In this document: one piece after another, positions 40,006 to 54,226 of the stretch | How positions within the stretch are numbered: position 1 is the stretch's first letter | Layout of the letters: each line of letters starts with the position of its first letter | Source of the DNA: Paramecium tetraurelia | Taxonomy: Eukaryota | Length of the DNA stretch: 64,000 nt | Assembly: GCA_000165425.1 (NCBI GenBank) | Contig: CT867989.1 | Location: forward strand, 186,001-250,000 | Reading direction: 5' to 3' | Made by a program: the position numbers and the translations under genes | The notes under the pieces: model-generated | What the model was told of the DNA's origin: nothing | Seen by the model: the letters and a program-made list of their open reading frames with translations, nothing else | Database searches by the model: none

Positions 40006-41269
40006 TCACCTAATTATACATTCATCCACCAACTTTTGATTGGGTTCAACAGATGCTAGATTGCCCAAATTGCATTTATTCAATTCTGTCGCATGCCCAA
40101 CTGCAGATTCATTCGACAAAATACAATGTTGGATTATGCAACTATTAAGATCGAATAAATAAATACTTAGAATTTATTACTACATTTTTCATAATAATGG
40201 AATTGCTGATTTTAACATGATCACCAATTGTACAATTTTTCCCAATGATTGATCTTTATATGGTTACCTTATTGCCAATCCTAGTACCCTCCCCAATGAC
40301 TGAGTCAGGACTAATACGAGCATCTTGAGGGTATTGCAATTGGAAGTCTTGGACTCCTTGATAAAGGGGAATCCCTTTGTTTCCCTTAATCATACTTTCG
40401 AAATTGGCTTATTGATAATCTTTGATATTGTTGAGTCTTCTTGCATAATCTTAGGTAATGAAGACTTTAATTGAAAATTGCTATTATTTTCTTTCATGGA
40501 AAAGATTTTATTGCTTTTTGGCTATTAAATTTAGTAAATTCACATTCTTTTGATGTTTAACGATGTAGGGTAGGAATTCTTCTTTCCAATTTTAAATTTC
40601 TAATTTTTACTTATTGAGATTTAAGAACAATTCCAACACTTCATATTGACAAACGTAGATGTGAGTATCAAATAAATTGGTCATTATTTACACACTCTCA
40701 CAACTCAGTAGCACATTTCGACTGACTGAAAGACTAGCTTAATCATCATCTTCTTGATTGATGATGTGTAATAAACTATGATCTGAGCCAATAAACATAA
40801 TATCGAAGGATTCATTTAAATTGCAAGAGATGGGAGCCCTTCCTTATTTTTTATCTAGGTCTTCCTCTTTCATCATGCATGTAATGGTGGCTTTGGTTGA
40901 GTAATGAAAATCCAACAAATTTAAGATGTTGGCTCCTATCATGGTGTCACATGATAGAAGTATGAAATCCTTCTTTATTTTTTCACATGATTCCAACAAA
41001 GCAGATCCTGAATCAGAATCATCACTAACATAAACTACTTCTGCTCTTCTCTAAACTAAATCACCCACAGCTTGATGATTTCTAGTTATCAATAATAGAA
41101 TGTCCTGTGGTCCAAATCCAACAGACTCTAAGACATCCAATTAGTAGAGAATCATTGGTTTATTGCAAATTGGCAAGAGACCTTTTGAGTAATCTTAACA
41201 GAGTGGGAAGAGCATGCTTCCTGCTTGTTGTCCCCCTCCGAGAATGATTGCTTGATATTTGACTTGCAT
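40006..41269 (-). CDS. EIF2B3: Translation initiation factor eIF2B gamma subunit
   Basis: YQAIILGGG..KGLLPICNKPMILY, DFILLSCD nucleotidyltransferase-like domain; C-terminal hexapeptide beta-helix. Confidence 0.82.
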
Positions 41270-41314
41270 TAATTATTATTATTAAAGAAATATATATAAT
41301 TAATCTATTTTATA

Positions 41315-41671
41315 TCAAATGATTAATAACTTATTTGGACAATTTCTCTACTTGCATTTTGCTAAATTTTAAACTTTCGCATAAGAATTAGTACTCAAAC
41401 ATAAATCATACTATTTAATTAATTAAGAGTGTTACAGCTGCTTTGCTTCTCTGGATCCCAGCAGGTGACAGATCATCCATGGCTGTTTGATAGCAATTAG
41501 AGATTTACTTCTTGCTAGAATAAATGATTCGATTCATTACCAAGTCTGATCTTTGCGACAAGCCTCTACTTCTGCACTGCAATATTGATTTAAACAGTCA
41601 TTATGAGTTGTGGTATCTTGGATCGAAAGGACCAACGAAATGAGAGTCAGGAACAATACAAATCTGATCAT
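41315..41671 (-). CDS. Small secreted cysteine-rich protein B (~101 aa)
   Basis: Signal MIRFVLFLTLISLVLS; CLNQYCSAEVEACRKDQTCKKQISNC; two tiny introns. Confidence 0.75.
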
Positions 41672-41722
41672 TGTTATTTAAAAATAATAATATCTGAATA
41701 AAAACGCCTAGTGTTATCCTGA

Positions 41723-42097
41723 TCATGCAATAATTTTCTCTAAGTTCTCAATTTCGATGTCGATGCCAATCAAATTGGTTTTGAGACAATGCCTTGCTGA
41801 ACAGTCGTTAATGGCTCTGGCACCTTAGTGAGTTCGCATGCAATAATTGAACTAGCATAATGATTGAAATGGCTATACATCATCCAATGCGTGTTCAGTT
41901 CCCTTGTAGGCTTTGGAATCTTAGGCCTTTTTAACATTCTTTCTGAAGTCATTTGTGCACTTGGCTATATGTTATTGACAAGTCGAATCCTCCCTACATT
42001 ATTTGATTTCATTATAGCAGAACGCCTGAACGCAATTGCCGCCTGCGTAGACTGTACAGATGAATGTGACAACAAAGATAATGACCAAAAGTCTCAT
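41723..42097 (-). CDS. Small secreted cysteine-rich protein A, paralog of B
   Basis: Signal MRLLVIIFVVTFICTVYA; CVQAFCYNEIKQCREDSTCQQHIAKC; probable 27-nt intron 41852-41878. Confidence 0.75.
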
Positions 42098-42228
42098 ATT
42101 TAAAATTAATTAAATAATATTCTAGAGAATTAGAATGATCATTAATAATTATTTGTTTTAACTTCTCTCCCGACTCTGATTATTACTTATTAAAATGATA
42201 CGTATGTCATTGATATCATTAATAATAA

Positions 42229-43472
42229 ATGCTTCCAAAGTTTATTAAGCTAAGAGCAAGCTTCTCCCTCTTGAACTTCAATTTCATATCCAACCTCCCA
42301 CCTGAAGTAGAAGAATTGCGATCTCATGTCACTAAATTTGCTGCAGAGGAAGTAGCACCGTTAGCCGACAAGGCAGATCAAGAAGGCAAGTTTCCACCAC
42401 ACCTATGGAGAAAGATGGGAGATCTGGGATTATTGGGAGCCACAGTTGATCGTAATACTTAATTGAGATTATTTAGCTGCTTACGGTGGATCAGGATTAT
42501 CCTATTCTGCTCATTGTATGATATTGGAAGAAATCAGCAGAGCCTCTGGTGGTATTGGATTGAGCTACTCTGCTCATAGTGCCTTGAATGTTGCTCAACT
42601 CCAAAGACATGGAAATGAAGCTTAGAAAAAGAAATACCTACCCAAATTGTGTTCAGGAGAGTGGGTTGGAGCTTTGGCTATGAGTGAACCCAATGCTGGA
42701 TCAGATGTTGTATCTATGAAGACAACAGCCAAAAAAGTTGGTGATAAATATATTCTCAATGGAAGTAAGATGTGGATCACTAATGGACCTGTTGCAGATG
42801 TCATTGTGGTTTATGCCAAAACAGAACCTGAAAAGAAACAACATGGAATTACTGCTTTTATTGTAGAAGCAGGAATGAAAGGATTTTCAAGAGGCAAGAA
42901 ATTAGATAAAATTGGAATGAAATGTTCTGATACAGCACCCATCTATTTTGACAACGTAGAAGTCCCTGCAGAAAATGTACTTGGAGAAGTCAATAAAGGA
43001 GTTTATGTTTTGATGAGTGGATTAGATTATGAGAGATTAGTTTTGGCTGCTGGACCTGTTGGGTTGATGCAAGCTGCTTTTGATATCTCAAGAGAATACT
43101 GCAACACTAGATAGTAGTTTGGAAAACCAATTGGACAATTCTAATTGATGTAAGGCAAATTGGCTGAGATGTACACTACTTTATAAGCCAGCAGAGCCAT
43201 GCTTTATTCAGTTTCTCGTGCTGTCGATTCAGGAAACATAACTAATACAGTAATATACATTTATCTATTCCTAGGATTGTGCAGCATTGATTTATTATAC
43301 TTCTGTGAATGCCACTTAAGTTGGATTGGAAGCTATCCAATGTCTAGGTGGAAATGGATATACCTAAGAATATCCAGTTGGAAGAATTATGAATGATGCC
43401 AAACTCTATGAAATAGGAGCAGGAACAACTGAAATTAGAAAGTGGTTGATTGGTAGACAATTGACTTAATGA
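42229..43472 (+). CDS. IVD: Isovaleryl-CoA dehydrogenase, mitochondrial
   Basis: [53 protein letters not shown]. Confidence 0.92.
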
Positions 43473-44007
43473 TCTTTAAATATAACATTGTTAAGAATTT
43501 ATATATTATAAAATTTATTAATTTAATCTACTAGGTGCATATTAATATTAAGATATATCCTAAATAATAGTCCTCATTTAGATTCAAATTCTATTTAAAT
43601 AGAGATTTCCATGTTAACTGTGTCACGATATATTTATTAATATACTAAAAAGGTAATAGTTAAAGATATAATGATTTATACATATTTAAAAGACCTTATA
43701 GGAATCGATTTCATAATTAGTAAAAAGAAATATTAATTTATAATTAAATTAATATTTATTACCAATGGTTTTAATTAATTTTTAGTGTATCTAATCCGAA
43801 TAAAATAATAAAATCTTAAGGAAAATACTAGTTGTATGTAAATGAAATTTCAAAAAGGAATATTCTTAATTAACACCTTTATGTAATTTTTAAGGAATGA
43901 AATTTAAAAAAGTCGCAAAAACAAAGGTATTTTTAATAAATTATTTAAATAATACTCAGATAACCAAGAAAATCATTTAATAGTAATAAATTATAGACAT
44001 ATTTTAA

Positions 44008-45021
44008 TCATACAGCCTTTATTCTGTCTTCCTCTAATTGTTAGTTACTTCCATTGCTCTAATTTGTATCTACTTATAAAGATATTTTGAGTACCATCTT
44101 TACTGGAACCACCATTTTATTCATTGTTGTTATCGGAACTTCTTGTTCCGTTGCTCATTGTATTTTGATTGGTCTTGTTGAACTTTTGAATGGAGTCTAA
44201 AATAATATTTGAGGTCTTAAACTTTGTGATTAATCATTAGGGGAAGTGCTGGTTAATCGAAATAACAGTTGGCACAATAAATCACTATAGGTTTGACGTT
44301 TGCTCTTTATCATACTAAATTCCAGAAATAAAGAGTGGTAGGACTCAAGTAGGGTGGATTGAGTGTTTTGGAACTAATAGCCATACAAAATGATACCTAT
44401 TCGATTTGTTTACTAATGAAATTGGATTCTGTGTTGATGTTGTGTATTTCCTATTTCAAGGTTGTGTACTTTTCGAACAGTTCCTCTTAGATTTGCTTTA
44501 CTATTTGGTTTTTCAGTTTGATGGACTTTTCCTTTTTGGGCTTGACTCCTCCGTTTCTCCTGGGGATATTGACTAACAGGTTCCTGAGATTAATGTGATT
44601 TGATTACTCCATATTCTTCCTAAAATAATAATGACTGAATTCATTTTGGTTGTTAACATTGCGAATTTTCTTGAATCCATACATATTTAATTATCTTATA
44701 AATGAACTGAAATTGTGATGTTTAAAATGGGTTGGGAGTACATCATTACTCAATTTGGTTTGGTCTTTAACAACAAATGCATTGCCTTTATCAGTGAATC
44801 CAATAATATCTTCATTCTCGGGATTCTAAAAGTTATTAAAAATCAATTGAATATATTTAATAATTCGAGAATTTAATTCCTAAAATCATCAAAAATTTAG
44901 ATGATCAATTTAGGAATATTCGTAGATGTATAAATTGTTGTAATACCATTACGATATTGTAGGTTTTGAGTAAAAAGTTTGGCACCCCTTTTTTCATACT
45001 TTTTGCTTTCTTCTAAGACAT
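44008..45021 (-). CDS. Heat shock factor (HSF-type DNA-binding domain protein)
   Basis: [65 protein letters not shown]..IPRR, then a heptad region; one 121-nt intron plus about four tiny introns. Confidence 0.9.
44826..44946 (-). other. Unusually long (121 nt) first intron of the HSF gene with hairpin potential
   Basis: GTATTA...TTTTAG; its removal joins helix 1 to the rest of the HSF domain; ATTCCTAAA/TTTAGGAAT and ATCATC/GATGAT inverted repeats. Confidence 0.8.
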
Positions 45022-45449
45022 TCCAAAGAGTTCCTAATATATATTTTGCAAATTAAAAAAATTATTAAAATATCTGATTATCTATGCGCCTTTTGCTCAT
45101 ATTAATATACAATAATAAAACAATAAGTTAAATTTGTCAAAAAGAGAACATAATATTCATGTTTTATCACTATTCTGACTAAAGTGAATATCTGTTAATA
45201 AATGATTTCTAGATATTCAAATTTCCCCAGAAATGAATCAAGAAGTAAGAAAAACGCACCGGAAATCTATTTAAACGATCAAAAATACCAATAAATGACC
45301 ATAAGTCCTAATTTTTATATAATCTAACCAATTGCATAAACAAAATATTACGATTTATTATATTGATCAATTGGAACGGTTCTAATTTCATAGAATGATA
45401 CAAAAATATAAAAAATAACAATTATCATAATACCACTCTTTCTAATAAA

Positions 45450-47350
45450 ATTCATTCATTCTATTTTCAGTTGTATCAAAGAATGAATAGTAGTTAAGTA
45501 AATTTAATCAGAGCTTGCTTTTTTGTAAATGTGTTTTCAACCTAGATTCATTTAGAAATTGGTGTTATTAAAAATGCTATTATGGGATTCGAATTTGATT
45601 TATCTATAATTATATATAGCAATTAGATTTTGTTCCATTAATAAAGACACTCTCTTCATGATTTTATTTTACTCAATCTCTAAGTATTCTATGATAACAA
45701 TTGAAAAATTGATATTCTATAAACCATAGCATTGTGTGGTTATACAATACTTACAATACTTGGCTGTCTAACACTATTAATTAAGCTATCATAAAATAAA
45801 TTGTTTATTATGTTATTGATGAGAACTGTTTCTAGTGTAATATCGATATGGATAATGGAACGATATCAAAATATATTGATTATAATATTGCCTTTGCCAA
45901 TATTTTAGTAGGGATTTCATGAACAGAGAGATATAAAATATTATCAAATTAAATTTGCACTTTATTAAAATCTCTCTAATTCATAACTTTTTTTAGAAAG
46001 TGGTAAATATAATTAGAAAATTCTAAACCTTAGCTTCTTATTGTTGTTAGGATTGTTTCTTTTCTAAATATTTAATTCTAAAATTTAAGCGGATTAAAGT
46101 CATCTCTTGAATATTTTATAAAAGATTGATCTTTAAATAGATTGATTTCTAGTTTGAAAGTGCTTTCAAGGTAATGTCTAAATATTTTCCAAAAATAATA
46201 TCGAATAATCAATATTTTCTTGGTAGGAATTATATGCCATGAGTATAGAATGAGAAATTGAAGCTTCTATTATGCTCACAATATTACTATACTTTTTTAT
46301 TCACTCTACATTCTGAGTATTAAGTGATATCATTCAAGAATAATGATAAGGCCAATATACTTTGATTAAATTTTAGCATTGAGTATTGCTTCTTATTGAT
46401 GATATTATTAAAGAAGGCTGTTTATAGTTTTCAATTTTCAATAAACTACTAATTCAACATTCTTTTTTGATTTTTTTAGCATTTTAAATCAACTTCCTAA
46501 ATGATCCACCTTTCTCTGTTGAAGTTTCCTAATTATTATTCAAATGAATGAATCAACCAAAGAAACTATTATCTTTTGATAACAACCAATTTAATCTTCT
46601 GTTACTATAGATTCATGAAGCGATTTTCAATTTCTATTTTTATAGAATAAGGAGATTCCTTAGAATTAGGAGCAGAGTTCTAAGAATAGAAGTATATTGA
46701 TCTCTTGTTTAATAGAAAAGTTAGGAATAAAGTATTCAGATGATTTTTAGGAATGATGGTATTCTTAATTTTATATGTATACTTTTTATTATGGTATATG
46801 TATTGGTTAATCTATCTTGATTACATTATTAGTGATCATTGTCTAATCGTCTCTTATTTGGATTCAATAATTATATTCACTTTTTTTATTCATTATTGTA
46901 TCATTTGTTCATGGACCAATTATTCGTATATTCAATATATTTGATATTGGAATCATTGAAACTCTCTTTATGCTTCTTATTTGTCTTTCAATGAGGAATG
47001 ATTATTATTACAATATTCAACAATAAATTGTAAAACCATTCAATTTAAATTACTTTAATTTTCAATTTAACAAGGGCAAATAGTGAGTTCATATATCACA
47101 GTTTTCACTCTAAAAAGTCTTGAGTGCATTTTTTATTCTAGATTATATTTTTAATGAATTTAATGAAATTATCAATTTAAGTCTCAAAAGAGATAGTTAT
47201 TGTGATTAGCATCCAATTGTAATCCTCTAGAAATAATTGACACAAATCAAATGCGTAATAATCTTGAATGTATTCTATCTCTAAATCTATGTTTCTTAGG
47301 GAATAATCATAATTTTTATATTATACAAAATACATATTATTGTAAATATT
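45450..47350 (+). pseudogene. Possible decayed multi-TM protein gene
   Basis: Long interval without an intact gene; hydrophobic coding-like fragments (e.g. 46753-46944) interrupted by TGA. Confidence 0.3.
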
Positions 47351-47830
47351 TACTCACAAATAAAAAAATTTGAGAATGATTAATACTTAGGATTTATAAT
47401 AAAGTCATATAACTAATATTTGTATTTAATCACCTTAAAATTACACCATTTGCATTATTATTAATTATTATCCTATCATTATAACTTTCTGTGCATCTTA
47501 AGTTAAATTCTTGATAACGATAATATTTGATTATTTTACTTTAAAAGAGTATAAGCATTTTCGATTTTCTCAAAAGCATTCAAATCTTCTCCATTTAAAT
47601 TATTATTCAATTAAGACTCACAGCAATTTTAGTACATATAAATTATCATCAAATCAAATGGATAAATGTATAACGCTTAATAATTAACAAAAGAACAATT
47701 AAGTATGTTCTATTTGGAGTTCAATAATGTATCATCACTTTCAGATTTATGAATTTAAGGATATTCTTGAAAAGTAGCATGGATGAATTTACATATAAAA
47801 ATAATTAATATATTTTTAACTATTATTATA

Positions 47831-48093
47831 TCATCTATTAACAAGAATGGGCTAATCTTCTAATAAACCACGAGCAGATTGACATTAGATTCGATATGTA
47901 AATATTTAATCTAATTCAATTTAAATTGATTACCAGGTTCTGTATTCATTTATGATGCCTTTAATTTAGAAACTATTTTCATATTCTGTTTCTTTAGGCT
48001 CAGTTGAATTTTCTATTGAATTTCAGTTAGCATTAATTGTTTGTTTAAATTGGCTGCTGATTTCTTATTTGTAAGTGTATTCGCATTGCCCAT
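47831..48093 (-). CDS. Small hypothetical protein with possible N-myristoylation site
   Basis: MGNANTLTNKK...; 23-nt GTA..TAG intron; TGA at 47831. Confidence 0.45.
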
Positions 48094-48330
48094 TTTCAGT
48101 TATTTAATTAAAATCTAATGTGCTTAATAAATTAATCTATAATTATTATTGTTTCAATTCTAAAATTACAACAAATAAACCAACTTAATTAAGAAAAGAT
48201 TAAAAAATCATCCCATTTTATTAATTATTCTATTTTATATGAGATGGTAATATTATACAGATTTATTTAGAACTATAAGGCAAATAATATTTATAATTAA
48301 TTAGTTGTAATAATTATTATAATATGACAA

Positions 48331-49158
48331 TCACTTCAACTCAGGTTAAACTGATTTTAAGAAGGCTTCCAAATGTTACCCTTAATATTTGAGAAATTCG
48401 ATTTCTTATTTTCTCTTTTATTCTTCAATCTAATTTCTTTCTTTAATTTTCTTATCCAAGGAATCCTTTTTATTAAGCAAATCAATCCTCTGAATACTAA
48501 TACACATTGATACCTTTTCTTCCAGCTTCTATTTCCTCTGCTCTAATTAAACTATCTTTTCTTCTAATTCACTCTTGCCCATTTCTGCTTACAATTATTT
48601 TCTCATTCCAAATGTAACAGAGGAATTGTATAAAGTTTAATACGCTGCAATAGTCATTTTTAGCTCATCCCTCACTCTCATTAATAATAGTCCTATGTTA
48701 ATCGGGATTATATATACCTCTCTCTGGACAATCAATTGTAACTTGTCTTATAATCTCATCGAAACATTAACTTAACAATTCTTCCCTTATGGGACAGATT
48801 CCAGTCTCTCTAAAATTATTCAATAAAACCCATAACTACCTAGCCTATCTTGCCAACAATCTCTCATCCAATAGTTTTTGCAAATTTCCAACATCTTCCC
48901 TTGTAGCTGGGACATGTGAAACATATTGAATATAATGTTTTCCATCATGATCCCATTCAATTGGAGGCAGGATCGCATTTAAGATATCCTAAAATTTCTG
49001 ATCGCACTCCTTACTTCTGTATTAGGCTTAGATTCCAAAGGTGAGAGTTGTGCTTTCTTTTTGCCTTGCAAGGTCCTGGAGGCATCATTGGCATTGCTGA
49101 CTTCAATGGGATTTTCGTATTTGACCAAAGACTCTCGAGGAGGTTTAACTTCTGTCAT
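48331..49158 (-). CDS. DNALI1: Axonemal inner-arm dynein light chain p28
   Basis: DILNAILPP, RQARETGICPIREEL..QCFDEIIRQVTIDCPERGLLLMRVRDE, AYQTLY..SVTFGMRK. Confidence 0.93.
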
Positions 49159-49259
49159 TTAATGATTAATATTTAAAATTATTATAACAATTTTATAAGT
49201 TTAAAAAAAACAAAGTGGGTATACAATGAATTGTAAGTGGAAAATTTTTTAAATTATTC

Positions 49260-50971
<1,712 letters not shown>

Positions 50972-51081
50972 TAATTTAATGATTGATGTGAAAAGTGATA
51001 AGATTTTTTAGTTTCCTTGCATTCCTCTTGTACTTCAACGTCTTCAGAACACTAACAGCGAGTTCTGACTCAAGTGTGTCA

Positions 51082-51345
51082 ATGTTATCTAATAGAATGA
51101 GTCCATATTCAAAGAGATAATCCATTAAAGAATGCTTAAACTATACAATTCATCCAAAGATGTCTCTCGATAGTATGCTGAATAAGTACAAAACGGATGA
51201 ATTATGGATGGTTAAATTTAGTTGTAATCCATTGTTTTGGAATTAATTAATGTCCAATAACGTAGAAGGAATTAGAATTTAATTACTAGATATTGATTTG
51301 TCTCACAATCTTAAGAAATAGATAATTGTGCAGAATCTAGAATGA
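51082..51345 (+). CDS. Possible small protein (87 aa)
   Basis: Open code-6 frame MLSNRMSPYSKRQ... divergent from the kinase; no recognisable motif. Confidence 0.35.
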
Positions 51346-51427
51346 CAAATACAAAAATTGTTATTATATGTCTACGATAACACACAAAATTTTATAAAAT
51401 TATGAGTATTAATTATATTATAAATAT

Positions 51428-52545
51428 ATGGGTAATAATTGTACTGGTTAGTGTGCAGGATGTTATAAAAGAGACATAGAAATATTGGTAATTATCTTTA
51501 ATTATATAATAGAAAAGCGAGCAACATTAAATTCAATCTGAAAAACCTCAGGAATCATAAAGCAGAAAAAGTTCAAAAAATTTTGTAGAAGATGCTATCC
51601 CATTAAGCAGTAAAAGTGAAATCAATACGAAACCCATTACAAAAAGTGTTGTAGATATTGTTGGAGACAAATCAAAGAAAACAAGGGCTGTTATTAAAAT
51701 TTAATCTTGTTGGAAGGGTTATTCGGTGAGAAAAAAGCTTCCGATTATGAACCATATCAAAACCAGCTTTGAAACTGAAGGAAGCAAATCAGTTGGCAGT
51801 TACTTTGGAAGATTGAACAACGAATCAAAATTAAAAAAGTATAACAACACCAAATAATTTAAGATTAGCAAAGACCTACAATGGCTAATGGTTGGGAAAA
51901 GAAAGGCATGGCAAAGGAGTTCAAGTGTGGCCAGACGGAGCCCAATATGATGGTGAATGGGAACATAACAAAGCTCATGGCAAAGGATTATTTCGTCATG
52001 CTGACAAAATTGAATATGAAGGAGAGTGGAAGTGGAGCAAAGCATGTGGTTTCGGAGTGATGAGGTCTCCAAGCGGAGCCTATTACGAAGGCGAATGGGA
52101 AAATGATCTCCAACATGGATATGGAAAAGAGAAGTGGGCTGATGGTTCCTACTATGAAGGCCAATATTATAAAGGCTTGAAGCATGGAAAAGGGAAATAT
52201 ATCTGGAAGGATAATAGTTATTATGAAGGGGAGTGGCAAAATAATAAAATTCATGGAATGGGAGCTTATCATTGGATTGATGGGAGAGGCTACATAGGAC
52301 AATGGAAAGATGGAATGATGAATGGACATGGAGAATATAGTTGGAGTGACGGTAGAAAGTATAATGGCGAATATCTAAATGATTAGAAGGATGGATATGG
52401 GGTGTATAAATGGGTTGATGGCAAAGAATTTAGAGGATAATGGTAGAAGGGAGTTTAGCATGGAGAAGGGGTTTATGTGACAGTGGATGGTAGAACTAAA
52501 AGAGGATTGTGGCATGAAGGTAAGTTAGTTTAATGGTTGAAATGA
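51428..52545 (+). CDS. MORN-repeat protein with IQ motif and N-terminal acylation motif
   Basis: MGNNCTGQCAGC; IKIQSCWKGYSVRKK; about nine YxGxW..HGxG repeats. Confidence 0.88.
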
Positions 52546-52582
52546 TTGATTACTAAAAAATTAATTTTATAATTTAACGATT

Positions 52583-53745
52583 ATGAGTTTATTAAGTGAG
52601 GACTGTGCACTCTAAAATATGAGTCAAGATTTTATTAAAAGGAAATATAGAGGCAAAGAAAATATGTCATTGAATCGCAACTCATCCAAGTTGAATTCTA
52701 TCACCTAAGTAATTGAAAAATCACAAAAATTCCAGAGTCTCAAATTAGCAATCGGAGAATATTGGGGATAAGTCAAATTGAATAAAGCCAATGGAATAGG
52801 GTCATGTCATTTCAATGCTGGTGGATTCTATTATGGAGAATGGAAAAACAATACAATACATGGAGTTGGAATATATTTCTTTAATGTTGGTGGATATATT
52901 AAGGGAGAATTTTAAGATGGAAAGGCAGATGGAAATTGTGAATTGTGTTATCAAAATGGATAATTGTATCAGGGAAACTTCAAAGAGGGCAAGCAACAAG
53001 GAGTAGGACTCAAGACTAGTAAAAGAGGAAAAGAAGTGGTCTAACATAAAGATGGAGTTCGTATAAATGTGACTGAAGAACATCCATAGAAGGAAACTAT
53101 TAATCAGTTATTAAAAATCTAATTGCCATAAATTTATACACATCATGATAGAACTGTTTATGGATTGCAATGCGATTTAACAGGTTTAGGCGTCATTTAG
53201 TATAAAAATGGCAGAGTAGATATGGGATGGTTCTAGAATGGTTTCTTAAATGGAAAGGGAAGGATAATTTTCAAAAGTGGAGATATCTATGATGGACAAT
53301 TGAAAAATGGATATTTTTAAGGATAAGGTAATCAATTAAATAATTTTAAGGGTTTTACGTAAATTACAATTCTAAATAAATGACATAGGGTATTTTTGAG
53401 AAGAATTAAATTGTTTCCATTGAAAATCAGGTCAGTTAGTATCCTCCAAAAGGAGATGACGAATAAAGTGTTGTTGACCAAAGAATCAATATTAAAAATG
53501 TCCATCTCAAGAGCAGAGGATATATAAGTAATTAATATAGTTCTGAGAAAAAACCTACCAAAGTTAATAAGATCTAAAATTTAATTCAACATATGCTTAA
53601 TCCAGTGAAACATACTCTTAAAAGTGAAAGTGTTTAGCATGAAGATGTCTTAGATAACCTGTTGTCTAGAGTCTAATCGCCTTTATAAAGAAAGAATTTA
53701 GAGTAGATCATTAATTAAGTTACATCACCATAACGAATTAGATGA
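52583..53745 (+). CDS. MORN-repeat protein (divergent)
   Basis: YYGEWKNNTIHGVG, YQGNFKEGKQQGVG, YDGQLKNG repeats; TGA 53743-53745. Confidence 0.8.
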
Positions 53746-54226
53746 TTATTTCATTAATTTATTTTATTATAACTAACTAGTTAACAAATCAAAATTAGAA
53801 AATAAAAAATGTTTATTCATATTTTATCAAAAACTATCATTTATTTATCATACTTATGAGTCTTCCGTTAATTACTCTTATTATCTAAAATAACATATAT
53901 AAATTTTTTAGCATTGATCTAGTATTAAACATAACTAAAGAATTAAGTGATTCTTGGAGTTTATCAAATAACATAAACCCCGATATTTCAAAACCATAAA
54001 TAGAGGAATATTTCAATCTTAACTTGTTTGAAAATTGATTACATATTTATAACTTCTGCCATCTATGAATAAGATAAATATCTTCAAAAGAATGAGATTT
54101 AAGTTAAATAGATGATCTTTTGCAAATTAGAGAGATGAGTCAATTAATATCTCTTACTTGTAATAATTTCTCTTAATTTAATTAATATTTTACGATAAAT
54201 TTATATTGTTGATTAATGTATTCATA

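Noticed and set aside
44826..44946. Intron-encoded snoRNA as the explanation for the long HSF intron
   Set aside because: A TGATGA is present but lacks the leading purine and has no downstream CTGA box D; no terminal ACA or two-hairpin H/ACA layout. An Infernal search would settle it.
51800..53083. Antisense and alternate-frame ORFs over the MORN genes in the ORF track
   Set aside because: Shadow frames of real code-6 genes.
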